Assembly (NCBI GenBank): GCA_963664195.1
Contig: OY760907.1
Span: 3,392,001 to 3,456,000 of the forward strand
DNA length: 64,000 bases
Source: an uncultured candidate division Zixibacteria bacterium
GTDB lineage: Bacteria; Zixibacteria; MSB-5A5; GN15; FEB-12
Direction: 5' to 3'
Below the pieces are notes generated by a model. It ran no database searches. It saw only the letters and a program-made list of their open reading frames with translations, and was not told the origin of the DNA. Position numbers and translations under genes: made by a program. Of the stretch, positions 47,513 through 58,158 are shown piece by piece. Position 1 is the first letter of the stretch. The number at the start of each line of letters is the position of its first letter.

Positions 47513-48151
47513 AATGTTCGTGAGGTTTGTCCCCCTTTTATGGTTGCCTCACAACCCCATTTGACTGCAAGTTTATCGTCCCTCACGCTTCGATAACTAC
47601 GTCGGCCTACGGGTCATGTTGCGATCTGTCGACCCTTATGGCTTGACGAACAACAGAGTTATGCGACGGCCACATTGACTAATCTGGAATGTTTCATTTC
47701 GTGCGGACTGACCGCTTCAGCGTTTGCCGTGGTCCTGCATGGGATACCCTCACACTCACTGCAAGCGGTGCTGAGTGCCGCGTTGTCGATGACACTCGGC
47801 CCCGCCTTCTTCCCCACTCTACCGACGGATTACCGGATCGCCAAGAGACGCAAGGTTCTGGCGACGGCCGAATCCCGGCACGTGCTCACCGCACGCCTGC
47901 ATCAGGAATTGATCAGTAAGGACGCTGTTGCCTTGCAAGATGGTTGCTCAGCGCCTGTTTGCTGAGGTTAGCCCCGATAGAATGACACCGTTACCCGCCG
48001 CCCATCCACATCTTACCCGGCAAAAAAACTGCGATTCGGCTGAGACCGGCGCGCTTCAGCAACCGCAGATCGTTAGCTGTTACCGAATACATACACACAC
48101 AAGACAGAGAAGACTCTTACTGAACACTCAAGGAGATCAAGAGGGAGCACC

Positions 48152-51100
48152 ATGAAGCGAAGAGATAAAGACTTGCTACTACGACCACATCTGATGCTGG
48201 CGATGTTGGCCGTGCTATTGCTGACCGCTGCCAGTTCCGTCCTCGCAGCAGAGCAAATCAGTGTCGAATACACGTTTGATCGTCCTTATCTGGAGACTAT
48301 TGTTCTGGACGGCACTGCTTATGACCGAGTAACCATGTCCGGTGCCCCGAATTCCGGTGAGGTGGGACATCCGTCTCTCCCGGCCTCCGGAGCGCGCATA
48401 CTCATCCCCTACGGCACTGAAGTGACGGGCATTCAGATAATCAGAAACGACGATGTTCTGGTAGCCGACGGAGCGGTCGTTGAACCGACTGCACGGCCCG
48501 TCAAGCTGTCAGCAGATCCAAGCGAGTTCGTTGTTCCCTCAGAAGACCCGATCGTTTACGCCATGGATACTCCCTATCCGGCTACCGACTTTGAATCGGT
48601 CGGCGTTCAGAGCTTCCGCGGCTACCGCGTTCTGCACCTGAAATTGCAGCCCGTGAAGTACATACCGGCTTCGGGCGAGCTGTACTACTCACCGTCAATG
48701 ACTGTGATTGTGACGACCACCGACACCGGCAAGAGGTCAACCCTGTTACGTGGATTCGAGTCCGATGAAAAGGAGCTCGTTTCCAGAATTGATAACCCGG
48801 ATGTCAGCAAGAGCTACCCGATGACTGGCGCCAAAAACCGCGACGCTTTTGACATGGTTATCATCACAACTGCTGCCCTGGCACCGTCATTTGCCCCCTT
48901 GAAGGACTACCATGACAGCACCGGACTCGCGACGGAAATCCGAACCACCACCGAAATCGGCTCGAGCAATCCGGACGACATCAGAGCATACATTAGTGAC
49001 CTGTATCTCAACGATGGCATCCAGTACGTTATAATTGGCGCCGACGACGATATCATTCCCGCTCAGAACCTCTACGTGCTGGCTTACAGTGGCGGCGATG
49101 TCGAAACGGCTATGCCCGGTGACCTCTTTTTCGGCTGCCTCGACGGTACCTACAACTATGACGGAGACAGCTACTTCGGCGAACCGAACGATGGCGAAGG
49201 CGGCGGCGATGTCGACCTGGTGGCTGAAGTCTACGTCGGACGAGCGTCGGCGGGCAACCAGGCCGAGGTGGAACGCTTTGTCGAAAAGACCATCTGGTAC
49301 CTGTCCAACCAGCACGGATCACCTGACAAAGTATTGATGGTCGGCGAATACCTCGGATTCGGTGGTGTCTCTGACTACGCTGCCGGGATGATGAACCAGA
49401 ATGTTGACGGTTCCACCGCTGACGGTTACACCACCGTTGGCATCCCCTCCGACCTTTACACTGTCGACCGTCTGTACGACGAGACCTGGCCCGGCAACGA
49501 CTGGCCGCAGTCTGAAATCGTCAATCGCATAAATGCCGGTCAACACATACTCAATCACCTCGGTCACGGCAGCCCCGACTACGCTCTGAAGATGTACAAC
49601 AGTGATGTGACCGGCGACCTGACCAATACCGATCTCTGCTTCATATACTCGCAGACCTGTCTCGCCGGTCATTTTGACGGCACAGACTGTTTTGCCGAAA
49701 CGATGAACATAAAAACGGACAACGGCGCCTTTGCCGTCTGCATGAATGCCCGGTACGGGTGGGGATCCGGATATAGCACCGATGGTCCCTCGCAGCGATA
49801 CAATCGCGAGTTCTGGGACGCCGTTTATAATCCGCTGGAAGCTAAGCCGGAAATCGGCAAAGCCAGCCAAGACTCCAAAGAAGACAACCTCTATCGGGTC
49901 AACGACGACTGCATGAGATGGGTATACTACGAGCAGAACCTGTTCGGCGATCCCACGGTTGCCATCAAGGGCGTTGACGCAATTGCCTTCGAGTACTCTG
50001 CTCCCCTGCCGGGCACTGTTCCGCCTGGAGACGCTACGACAATCGAAGTCACGGTAGTTCCTATCGGTGGCGGCGTTCCGGTGTCAGGCTCAGGGTTGGT
50101 ACACTACTCTGTCAATGGGGCGACCTATGTCGAGGCGGCGATGGACGAAATCTTCACCAATGTCTACGAAGCCACTATTCCCTCGCTCTCATGCGAGGAC
50201 AATCTGACGTACTATTTCAGTGCCGAGGAACAGACCAAAGGCATCTTCTACGATGTAAGCCCCTCGTCGCCGCATACACTGTTCGCGGCTACAGGTGTCT
50301 TCTCAATTGTCGATGACAACTTTGAGTCCGACAATGGCTGGACTGTTTCCGGTGACGCCACAGACGGTCAGTGGAATCGCGGCGTTCCGGCAGGTGGCGG
50401 CGAACGCGGTGACCCGCCGACAGATTTCGACGGCTCCGGCCAGTGCTTCCTGACTGACAACGAGGCGGGCAACTCTGACATCGACGGCGGAACGACTATC
50501 CTGACCTCTCCGACATTCGCTCTAACACCGGGCAACACCAGTGTCTCCTACTCTCGCTGGTTCTCGAACGATTTCGGTGATGCTGCCAACGAAGACGTCA
50601 TGCGTATCTTCATATCCAATGACGACGGTGCCTCCTGGGTGCAGGCTGATTCCGCAGGACCGATTGTAGACGCAGGCGGTGGCTGGGTTCAGCACAGCTT
50701 CTCGGTCGGTGATTTTGTCGAGCCCACTTCCACAATGAAACTGAAATTCGAGGCTTCGGACCTGATAAACGGCTCAGTGGTGGAAGCCGGTCTTGACGCG
50801 CTTTCGGTCACCACTTTCGAGTGCTTTGGCACCGATCTGTACATCACAACCTATGCGCTCCCCGAGTGGACGCAAGGCGTCGCCTATTCTCAGCAGGTTG
50901 AAGTCACCAACGAAGTCGGCACAGTAGTCTTTTCCGACAAGTACAGCGACCTCGCTGGAAGCGGACTGTCGGTCTCCAACGACGGTCTGATTTCAGGCAC
51001 CCCGACTACATCAGGAGCTGTTACGTTCACGGTCGAGGCCACCGACGAAGCTCCGTTTACGACTGAACGTGAGCTGACCGTGCTCGTCAATCCGGCTATC

Positions 51101-51853
51101 AGTATTGCTTCAATCACGCTCCCGGAATGGACGGTCACTCGCGCGTATCCTAATCAGCAGTTCAGTTGCACTGGCGGCACCGGCACGCTCGTCTGGTCCG
51201 ACCAGGGTAGCGCGCTCGCCGGAACCGGTCTGACCCTGTCTGCGGACGGCCATCTCACCGGCACACCAAATGCGACTGGCCCCCTGAATTTCACAGCCGT
51301 GGCGACCGATCAGGTAGGCGGCACCGCAGAGAGTGCTCACACGATCACGATCAACCCAATGCCGAGTATCACGACTGAGACTGTTCCGGGTGGCAGCGAT
51401 GAGACCCCGTATTCTTTCCACCTTGAATCCACCGGCGGTACCGGCATTCATACCTGGTTTGTAACATCCGGGAACCTGTCCGGAGTTGGCCTTTCTCTTT
51501 CAACGGTCGGCGTGTTGTCGGGCAGCTCACCAGTTGAAGGCGTGGCCAGTTTCACCGCTCGTGTCATCGATGACGCCGGTGCGGTGGTAGACAAACCTCT
51601 CAGCGTTGAAATCCTTGGCGGATGCTGCGTTGGAAGTATGGTTGGCAATGTCGATGCCTCACCGGACGATCAGGTAACCATGGGCGATCTAACCGTCCTG
51701 ATTGATCACCTCTTCATTAGTCTCAGCCCCGTGATATGTGACGAGGAAGCCAACGTCGATCTCTCTGCCGACGGAGAAATCACAATGGGCGACCTGACTG
51801 TGCTCATCGATCACTTGTTCATCAGCCTTGATCCGCTGTCAGCCTGTCCGTAA
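48152..51853 (+). CDS. C25 family cysteine peptidase with propeptide, beta-sandwich domain, 3 putative Ig (He_PIG-like) repeats and dockerin-like C-terminus
   Basis: G.P.LP propeptide, EVYVGRA, HLGHG (His), SQTCLAG (Cys), NLFGDP; LP......Y...GL.LS.DG.I.GTP repeats; dockerin-like duplicate at 51623-51853. Confidence 0.85.
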   Translation: MKRRDKDLLLRPHLMLAMLAVLLLTAASSVLAAEQISVEYTFDRPYLETIVLDGTAYDRVTMSGAPNSGEVGHPSLPASGARILIPYGTEVTGIQIIRNDDVLVADGAVVEPTARPVKLSADPSEFVVPSEDPIVYAMDTPYPATDFESVGVQSFRGYRVLHLKLQPVKYIPASGELYYSPSMTVIVTTTDTGKRSTLLRGFESDEKELVSRIDNPDVSKSYPMTGAKNRDAFDMVIITTAALAPSFAPLKDYHDSTGLATEIRTTTEIGSSNPDDIRAYISDLYLNDGIQYVIIGADDDIIPAQNLYVLAYSGGDVETAMPGDLFFGCLDGTYNYDGDSYFGEPNDGEGGGDVDLVAEVYVGRASAGNQAEVERFVEKTIWYLSNQHGSPDKVLMVGEYLGFGGVSDYAAGMMNQNVDGSTADGYTTVGIPSDLYTVDRLYDETWPGNDWPQSEIVNRINAGQHILNHLGHGSPDYALKMYNSDVTGDLTNTDLCFIYSQTCLAGHFDGTDCFAETMNIKTDNGAFAVCMNARYGWGSGYSTDGPSQRYNREFWDAVYNPLEAKPEIGKASQDSKEDNLYRVNDDCMRWVYYEQNLFGDPTVAIKGVDAIAFEYSAPLPGTVPPGDATTIEVTVVPIGGGVPVSGSGLVHYSVNGATYVEAAMDEIFTNVYEATIPSLSCEDNLTYYFSAEEQTKGIFYDVSPSSPHTLFAATGVFSIVDDNFESDNGWTVSGDATDGQWNRGVPAGGGERGDPPTDFDGSGQCFLTDNEAGNSDIDGGTTILTSPTFALTPGNTSVSYSRWFSNDFGDAANEDVMRIFISNDDGASWVQADSAGPIVDAGGGWVQHSFSVGDFVEPTSTMKLKFEASDLINGSVVEAGLDALSVTTFECFGTDLYITTYALPEWTQGVAYSQQVEVTNEVGTVVFSDKYSDLAGSGLSVSNDGLISGTPTTSGAVTFTVEATDEAPFTTERELTVLVNPAISIASITLPEWTVTRAYPNQQFSCTGGTGTLVWSDQGSALAGTGLTLSADGHLTGTPNATGPLNFTAVATDQVGGTAESAHTITINPMPSITTETVPGGSDETPYSFHLESTGGTGIHTWFVTSGNLSGVGLSLSTVGVLSGSSPVEGVASFTARVIDDAGAVVDKPLSVEILGGCCVGSMVGNVDASPDDQVTMGDLTVLIDHLFISLSPVICDEEANVDLSADGEITMGDLTVLIDHLFISLDPLSACP

Positions 51854-51886
51854 CCGCGACAGCCGATCACACGCTGACACAACAGC

Positions 51887-51930
51887 AGAACGGCCGGACT
51901 CTCACCGTGAGTGAAAGTCCGGCCGTTTCT
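51887..51930. terminator. Terminator hairpin between convergent genes
   Basis: AGAACGGCCGGACT...AGTCCGGCCGTTTCT. Confidence 0.8.
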
Positions 51931-51996
51931 TCTGGATATTGATGTTATCAATAATCGCCGCAGTTGACAACCTGCCACGACATTCAAGAATTGTAC

Positions 51997-53367
51997 TCAA
52001 CTTTGGTCCGAGCCCGTCAGATCCTTCCGCGTCAAATGCACCTTGTCGAAACTCTCCGACGAAATGACGTAATACCAATCGGCGAACCTCGCGTTCAGCT
52101 TCGCAGACAGCTCACGTCCTGCGTTGACCTTGCGCTGCCACGCATCCAGAGCATCCTGCTTCTGCTTGTTCTCTCGATCTCCTTCGCTCCAGAGCGAGTC
52201 AGGTTTGCCGACGAACTCAGTCGATTTTGGTGCAGGTGGTTGCCTGAAATACCGCTCGTTGAATTCGGTCGTCACGAACAAGTATCGATTCTCTGTCTTC
52301 TCAGCGGCTCCCTTTGCTGGCTCGTCGTCGGTCAAACCGGCAGTGACGTCCATCCCGGAACCGTAGAGTACTTCTCCAAATCGAAGCGTGTACACGACGC
52401 CATCGTCTGTACTGACGCGAATCTCACCCTCGTTTGAAAGAAGGCGGCCATCGCGATGGAAATAGAAACCCTTCTGCGAGAGAGACATTCGATCCTGCTG
52501 AGAGAGGTTGCCCCCTTTGGGGTCACCGCTCAGATTGGCGGAAAGCCCCTCAGGTTTCGGACGAACTCCCACAATACTCAATCCCTCGAGGGCGGTTAAC
52601 AGACTCTGGACTTTCGCTGAGTCCGGTTTCCCTCCAGATCCCATACCATCGATAATCCACGAGTCATTCTTCTTCGCCAGCGTCGTCTTCTCACCGGCCA
52701 CCACCGAGGACGTCTGTTCGTTGATTGAGTAATTGTCGAGAACCACCCGTTCCATCTGATCTTTCTTGATGTCGAACAGCTTCGTCTCTATCCAATCCGC
52801 GAAATTGGTGGAAATGTCGATCTTCATGCGAGCGGCATACACCCGGTTCTGTCCGGGCACTCTCACGAACCTGAAACCCTCGCGTCCGGGTACGTTCTTG
52901 CCAATAATGAAGTCCGCCAGCACCTTGTCTCCGGCGGCTTTGAATGTGACGCGACTCCCACGTCCGGTGAGCCCCGGCACCGTAACATCCAGCGGATCGA
53001 TCACACCGCACGCCTCATGCTCGCTCACACTACTGGTGCGGATGTCGTCCTTCTTAATGTCGATCATACCGGCCGCCGTTTGCGCCAGCCGATCCTTTGC
53101 ATCGGCGGGATAATTGTGATGCGACGGGATCGTCCAGGCACTGCCGTTGAACGTAACCTTGAAAGGCCGAGCCTGACCGGAAGTCTCATCGAAAGTAACG
53201 ACTTCGAGCGTCGTCGCCTCATTGGGATCAGTGAACTCCGGGTAGAACGGCTCCCCTTGATCGAGAAACGCGTCCGGAGTGATGCGATCCGGGGCGAAGG
53301 CCCAGGCGATCAGCGCAAGTAAAACGGCGGCCCCTACGAAATATCCTGTTTTCTTTATCTCGCTCAT
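51997..53367 (-). CDS. DUF4340 domain protein
   Basis: N-terminal TM, W.I....YPAD, IIGK...FVR..G...VY; typical position after GldG-like gene. Confidence 0.75.
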   Translation of the reverse strand: MSEIKKTGYFVGAAVLLALIAWAFAPDRITPDAFLDQGEPFYPEFTDPNEATTLEVVTFDETSGQARPFKVTFNGSAWTIPSHHNYPADAKDRLAQTAAGMIDIKKDDIRTSSVSEHEACGVIDPLDVTVPGLTGRGSRVTFKAAGDKVLADFIIGKNVPGREGFRFVRVPGQNRVYAARMKIDISTNFADWIETKLFDIKKDQMERVVLDNYSINEQTSSVVAGEKTTLAKKNDSWIIDGMGSGGKPDSAKVQSLLTALEGLSIVGVRPKPEGLSANLSGDPKGGNLSQQDRMSLSQKGFYFHRDGRLLSNEGEIRVSTDDGVVYTLRFGEVLYGSGMDVTAGLTDDEPAKGAAEKTENRYLFVTTEFNERYFRQPPAPKSTEFVGKPDSLWSEGDRENKQKQDALDAWQRKVNAGRELSAKLNARFADWYYVISSESFDKVHLTRKDLTGSDQS

Positions 53368-53369
53368 AC

Positions 53370-56045
53370 CTAACTCCTCAACCTCCGGGCAGCTGCCGCC
53401 CCTTCACGCTCCCGTTTGCGACGCTTGACAAACATAACGACACCAATCACGAACACCGGAATCGGAGGCAAGGTCACTGCCACCGTTTTGATGCGGCTTT
53501 GAATGCTGCGCACCTCGGCTTCCATGTTCGCGCGGCTCGCCTCGACCGTCGCCTGTTCCTGAGCCTCAATATTCGCCTTGACCACTTCAAACCGCCGACT
53601 CTCGACTTCCTGCAGATTTCTCATCATGATCTGCTTCGCCCGTTCGTCGAGATCTGTCCGGTTTTTCACCTCGGCTACTTTCTCGTCCAGCCTGCCCTGT
53701 GCCTCCGCCAGAGCAGCCTGAGCGTTGGCCTCGGCGTCCTTTTCTTCAGCCATACGACGTTCGACAAATTCGGCAGTCTGCGCTTCTACCGTCTCAAGCG
53801 TGCGATGCTTGACCCGTTTCTTACGAAGCTCCACAAACGAAGTATCACCTACGAGTAAATCCATGCAGTTCAGCACAAACGATACGTTATCGAAATTGAG
53901 GTTCCCCATACCGCGCTCACGCAGGACAAAAAACTGCTCAGAAATCATGTCAAGATCGGCAATAACAATCGCGTTGACGCTTTCAGTCGGTGCCGAGAGG
54001 TTTGTTGAATCCGCCGGCGTGACGGACCTGGTACCCTTTACCTGAGCCGCAACGATAAACGACTCGCCGCTGGACTGTCGACGGGGATTGCGATTGATTT
54101 GCAGCCCGAAGAAGCTCCGCTGCACGAGCTGATTCCAAGGCAGCATACCGCTGAGTCTTCCTGACCTCAGCAGCGTTTCAAAGGCAAACGGACTCTGCGC
54201 CGCCTTGAACAGATACCCCGGGTACAACGCAACGACCTCCTGCAGACCGGATGAAGCCGGATTCTCCTGGTTGAACACCTCCGCCGACTCGTTGGCAGCA
54301 TCCATGAATACTATTTCGGGCGGCATAGCGCTCAGATCCGGATGTGGGTTGTATGAATCCCAGATGACGTGCGAGGGATTAAACATGACCCCCATCGACT
54401 CGAGCAACGCAGAGATATTGCCTTTTGGTGGTTGCTGATTCTGCTGCTGCATGAACGGATTCTGCTGTCCGCCCGCCGGCACCAGCGGGGACAAACTCGG
54501 ATTGATGATCGGCAACGGGTCCACCAGCAGAAGGGTCGGGTTGCCAGCCATCACGTATTGCCTGAGATTGTCCATCTGCGGCTGCGTCAACGACGACGGC
54601 AGCACAACGAGAAGACCGTCGATATCTTCGGCAATCGGCTGATCGGCCGAAACATCGCGTATCTCATACTGCTTGCGTAGCTCGCGCACCACTCCCCAGG
54701 CAGGCGATGAGTTCATCGTCTGATAGTCGAACCCGCCGGAAATCTTCGCCTCGGTCGCCAGCACGCCGACAACCTTGCGCTCTGTTTTGGCCGCCACTCG
54801 AATCGAGCGGACCAGTTCATATTCAACCGGCAAACCACGATCAAAAAACGGTATCACCTCTTCAGCCGCACCACTCGTGAATGCCAGACCGAGGAAAACC
54901 TTCGCGGTGCTTGTGCGTGCGCTCTCGGAAGTAACGATTTCGCGGGGCATGATGCCGAATTTCTCACGTGCGTCGCGCGCTTCCTGACTGAACGGCTCCG
55001 TATCGTGAATCAGGACCTGAACCTTGTCGCCAGCCGCTGCCGAGATTTCCTCCAGCGAAGCGATGATATTTGCACGAGTCTCCACATACATACGCGGGAC
55101 TTCAGGACTGAGATACGCCTGTACCAGAACCGGTCGATCGGCATCAAGTTCGTCGATCAGCGTTTCGGTTTCGTCTGAAATCGAATGCAGGCGTTCGGCC
55201 GTAACGTCGAGACGTCCTCCTGCCCGGGCAAGAATCACGTTTGCACTTATGACCACAACAACGAGCGCTATTGCCCGCACAAACTGGTGTGTCCAGTATT
55301 TCTGCCCATCCGCCTCAAGCGGCCAGTGACGACGCCCCAGCAAGACGGTATTGAAATACAGCATCACGCCCGCTAGAGAGGCAAAATAGACTATGCCCGA
55401 AAAACTGACTAAGCCGTCGGCGAAATCCGAGAAATGCGCAAACACGCCGAGGGGCGCGAGAAACCCCTGAATGGAGCGGCTCAGCGTCCAGGTATTCGAA
55501 TCAACGAATACGAAGAACGAACAGAACACTGCTCCGAGTATGAACGCCACCGTTGCGTTGGCAGTTATCAGCGAAGCCACCATGCCGACCGAAAGCATCG
55601 CGGCACCGATCAGCCAATAGCCAACATAGTTGCCGAACATCAATCCGAGGTCCGGGCTGCCCAGCCAGAAGAGAACAACCACATGACTGAGCGAAAACAC
55701 AAGTGATGCCGTGTAAATCCCGAGCACTGAAAGATACTTGCCCAGAACGACCTCGGTATCGGTCACTGGCAAAGTCAGCAGCAACTCATCAGTCCCTTTT
55801 CTCCGCTCTTCCGCCCACACCCCCATTGTAAGCGCAGGGATAAAAAACAACAGGATGAGCGGGAACAAGTCATTGAGTTGATACAAACCGGCCAGGTTAT
55901 TCGCAAAAAAACGATCCTGCCAGAATGCAGCGGCCGCACTCAGGAACACAAACAGCGTAATAAACAGGTATCCGGTCGGACTGCTGAAGTAGGAGCCCAA
56001 GTCGCGTTTGGTAACAGCAAAAACGGCTTTCCAATTCAAGTTCAT
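53370..56045 (-). CDS. GldF-GldG-like fusion (ABC-2 permease + ABC auxiliary/GIFT domain)
   Basis: KRDL.SYF.SP.GY, PALTM..WAEE...GT.ELLLT.P; then RLD.T....HSIS, EYEL, VIADLDM, N..FV.N..D.L.GD. Confidence 0.82.
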   Translation of the reverse strand: MNLNWKAVFAVTKRDLGSYFSSPTGYLFITLFVFLSAAAAFWQDRFFANNLAGLYQLNDLFPLILLFFIPALTMGVWAEERRKGTDELLLTLPVTDTEVVLGKYLSVLGIYTASLVFSLSHVVVLFWLGSPDLGLMFGNYVGYWLIGAAMLSVGMVASLITANATVAFILGAVFCSFFVFVDSNTWTLSRSIQGFLAPLGVFAHFSDFADGLVSFSGIVYFASLAGVMLYFNTVLLGRRHWPLEADGQKYWTHQFVRAIALVVVVISANVILARAGGRLDVTAERLHSISDETETLIDELDADRPVLVQAYLSPEVPRMYVETRANIIASLEEISAAAGDKVQVLIHDTEPFSQEARDAREKFGIMPREIVTSESARTSTAKVFLGLAFTSGAAEEVIPFFDRGLPVEYELVRSIRVAAKTERKVVGVLATEAKISGGFDYQTMNSSPAWGVVRELRKQYEIRDVSADQPIAEDIDGLLVVLPSSLTQPQMDNLRQYVMAGNPTLLLVDPLPIINPSLSPLVPAGGQQNPFMQQQNQQPPKGNISALLESMGVMFNPSHVIWDSYNPHPDLSAMPPEIVFMDAANESAEVFNQENPASSGLQEVVALYPGYLFKAAQSPFAFETLLRSGRLSGMLPWNQLVQRSFFGLQINRNPRRQSSGESFIVAAQVKGTRSVTPADSTNLSAPTESVNAIVIADLDMISEQFFVLRERGMGNLNFDNVSFVLNCMDLLVGDTSFVELRKKRVKHRTLETVEAQTAEFVERRMAEEKDAEANAQAALAEAQGRLDEKVAEVKNRTDLDERAKQIMMRNLQEVESRRFEVVKANIEAQEQATVEASRANMEAEVRSIQSRIKTVAVTLPPIPVFVIGVVMFVKRRKREREGAAAARRLRS

Positions 56046-56809
56046 GACTGCACCTCCCCTGCGGGCCCGGCGCTCACACGACCGTAATTGGTCAGCTTGT
56101 AGAAGGTCTCATCAAGAGCGCTATCTTTGCTCAACTCCTCAGGAACACCGTCGAATACAAGGCTGCCCTCGTTGATAACAAGCACTCGTCCGGCAACTGC
56201 GGTGACCTCCTGCAAGATGTGCGTGGAAATGAGAATCGTCTTCGTCTCTCCCAATCGCTTGATATTGCTCCGGAAGTCTCGGATCTGGTTCGGATCCAGA
56301 CCGGATGTCGGTTCATCCATAATGAGAACTTCAGGGTCATGCAGAAGCGCCTGGGCCAATCCCACACGCTGACGATACCCGCGCGAGAGCTTGCCAATCG
56401 GCTTCTCCAGCACATTCTGAAGTGCACACTGGTCAGTGACAAAGTCGATCCGACTCTTGAGCCGACCTTCCGCCAGGCCACGTGCCTCGCCAAAAAAGCG
56501 GAGCAGGCTCAGAGGAGTCATATCGTCATAGAGAGGACCATTCTCTGGCAAGTATCCCAGCTTCTTCGAGGATTCGATCCGGTTGGTCCGGACATCAAGC
56601 CCGCCAATCGAGGCAGATCCTTCGCTGGGAGCGAGAAAACCGCTCAGGATTCGCATAGTGGTCGATTTCCCGGCGCCGTTGGGGCCAAGAAAGGCCACGA
56701 TTTGTCCTTTCGGTATCGAAAACGAAATATCCTTGATTGCCACAAAAGGGCCGTAGTACTTGCTCAAACCACGAGCCTCAATCATAGCCGCTTCTGAAGA
56801 TTCCGTCAT
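56042..56809 (-). CDS. ABC transporter ATP-binding protein, GldA-like
   Basis: [43 protein letters not shown]. Confidence 0.92.
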   Translation of the reverse strand: MTESSEAAMIEARGLSKYYGPFVAIKDISFSIPKGQIVAFLGPNGAGKSTTMRILSGFLAPSEGSASIGGLDVRTNRIESSKKLGYLPENGPLYDDMTPLSLLRFFGEARGLAEGRLKSRIDFVTDQCALQNVLEKPIGKLSRGYRQRVGLAQALLHDPEVLIMDEPTSGLDPNQIRDFRSNIKRLGETKTILISTHILQEVTAVAGRVLVINEGSLVFDGVPEELSKDSALDETFYKLTNYGRVSAGPAGEVQS

Positions 56810-57082
56810 AAGCAATCCTTCTGACTTCTGTTACAAACTTACATAATACGAGTGCGGATAGATTCCGGCAGATTTCTGAATTATCAGTTTTGGAAAATAA
56901 CCTCTCCCGTGTTTCCTGTCAACCCGCACACGAACGAATCACACAGAAACGCACGCATGCATCAGCGGAACTACATACTAATAAGATTATAAATACGAGA
57001 GGAACGGGAGTTCCAGAAAACCCGACCAAGCCGGAGCAATCAAACAACAGCGCAACCCGACATGTCTGAAGATCGGGACAGC

Positions 57083-57196
57083 CTACCTTGACTGCTCTTC
57101 AAGCTTCTTGACCTTCTTATCGAGTTTCATCAGGAATCCAAAGAGCCCCAACCAGACTATCAAAGTGACTGCCAACGCAACGTAGTTGCCATCCAT
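57083..57196 (-). CDS. ccmD: CcmD family heme exporter small subunit (37 aa, absent from ORF track)
   Basis: My translation: MDGNYVALAVTLIVWLGLFGFLMKLDKKVKKLEEQSR*; GGAGG RBS in the end of ccmC; directly abuts the ccmC stop. Confidence 0.8.
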   Translation of the reverse strand: MDGNYVALAVTLIVWLGLFGFLMKLDKKVKKLEEQSR

Positions 57197-57853
57197 CTAA
57201 AAATCCTCCTCCCGTCGTGAGCGAATCAGACGCTGCGTCCGCAGAGCCAGGTTGAATATCCAGAGATACACCGTCGTGAAAACCACCAGCGACGCCGCGA
57301 ATATCGATCCCACCACCGCCGTCATCTGGAACCTGAGGTTCTCATCGACAATCGAATCTTCAGGATGCAGCGAGGGCATCATCCGGGGCACGACGAAAAT
57401 AAGAAACGGTACCGTCAGAAAAGCGAAGATCGAATACACTGCCGCCAGCGCAGCCCGTTTCTCTTCGACCTCAATAGCATTCCTCAGTGCAAAGTACGCG
57501 GCATAGATCAGCAACAGGACAAAAATCGAGGTCTCCCTCGGGTCCCAGTTCCAAAATGATCCCCAGGTGACTTTGGCGAAAATCGACCCGGTTACGGTCG
57601 CCAAAATACAGAAGACGAATCCCAACCCTGCGGCCGTCACTGCTTTGTCGTCCTCGGCCAGAGATCGCGTGCGAAGATACCGAATAGAGAACAACATCGA
57701 CATTGCAAACGCAATTACACATATCCAGGACTGAGGGATGTGATAGTAGAATATCCGACTGGATTCCCCTATCTGCTGCTGGGGGGCAACAGTCAGAAAA
57801 CTGGCCACAATGATGCCCGACATCGCCAGTCCTATCAGCATTTTCCACCACAT
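57197..57853 (-). CDS. ccmC: Cytochrome c biogenesis heme exporter CcmC
   Basis: RIFYYHIP, TGS..AK.TWGSFWNWDPRET tryptophan-rich motif, SLHP; start uncertain. Confidence 0.88.
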   Translation of the reverse strand: MWWKMLIGLAMSGIIVASFLTVAPQQQIGESSRIFYYHIPQSWICVIAFAMSMLFSIRYLRTRSLAEDDKAVTAAGLGFVFCILATVTGSIFAKVTWGSFWNWDPRETSIFVLLLIYAAYFALRNAIEVEEKRAALAAVYSIFAFLTVPFLIFVVPRMMPSLHPEDSIVDENLRFQMTAVVGSIFAASLVVFTTVYLWIFNLALRTQRLIRSRREEDF

Positions 57854-58073
57854 ACGCGCCCCGTTAATCATGATTCTCCGACCAATCGGTATCCCCGGCC
57901 TGAAACACGCGCGAACACCTTTGTTCATCGCACAGGTCAAAAAGGTCACCGTGATGCCGAAAAGCAACTAAATTTGCCTGTTTGCCAACTTCACTATAAT
58001 GCTCCTGAAATCGGAATGTTCCTGCCCGACGTGTTCATTATTGGGTAATAGGTGCCGTCCTGCCATTGGCATA

Positions 58074-58102
58074 TTGACGCCGGCCTCTGGGAACACTATC
58101 AT
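58074..58102 (+). promoter_or_regulatory. Putative pfk promoter
   Basis: TTGACG-N17-TATCAT. Confidence 0.5.
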
Positions 58103-58158
58103 ACCCGTAGAAACAGGAACTATTCTCAGCATGCGAGTGCGTGCTTCTGGAGTGTAAG

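Noticed and set aside
47560..47660. c-di-GMP-I riboswitch
   Set aside because: A receptor-like loop is present, but the GNRA-capped P2 stem and the GGCAAA/GCAAAG core are missing.
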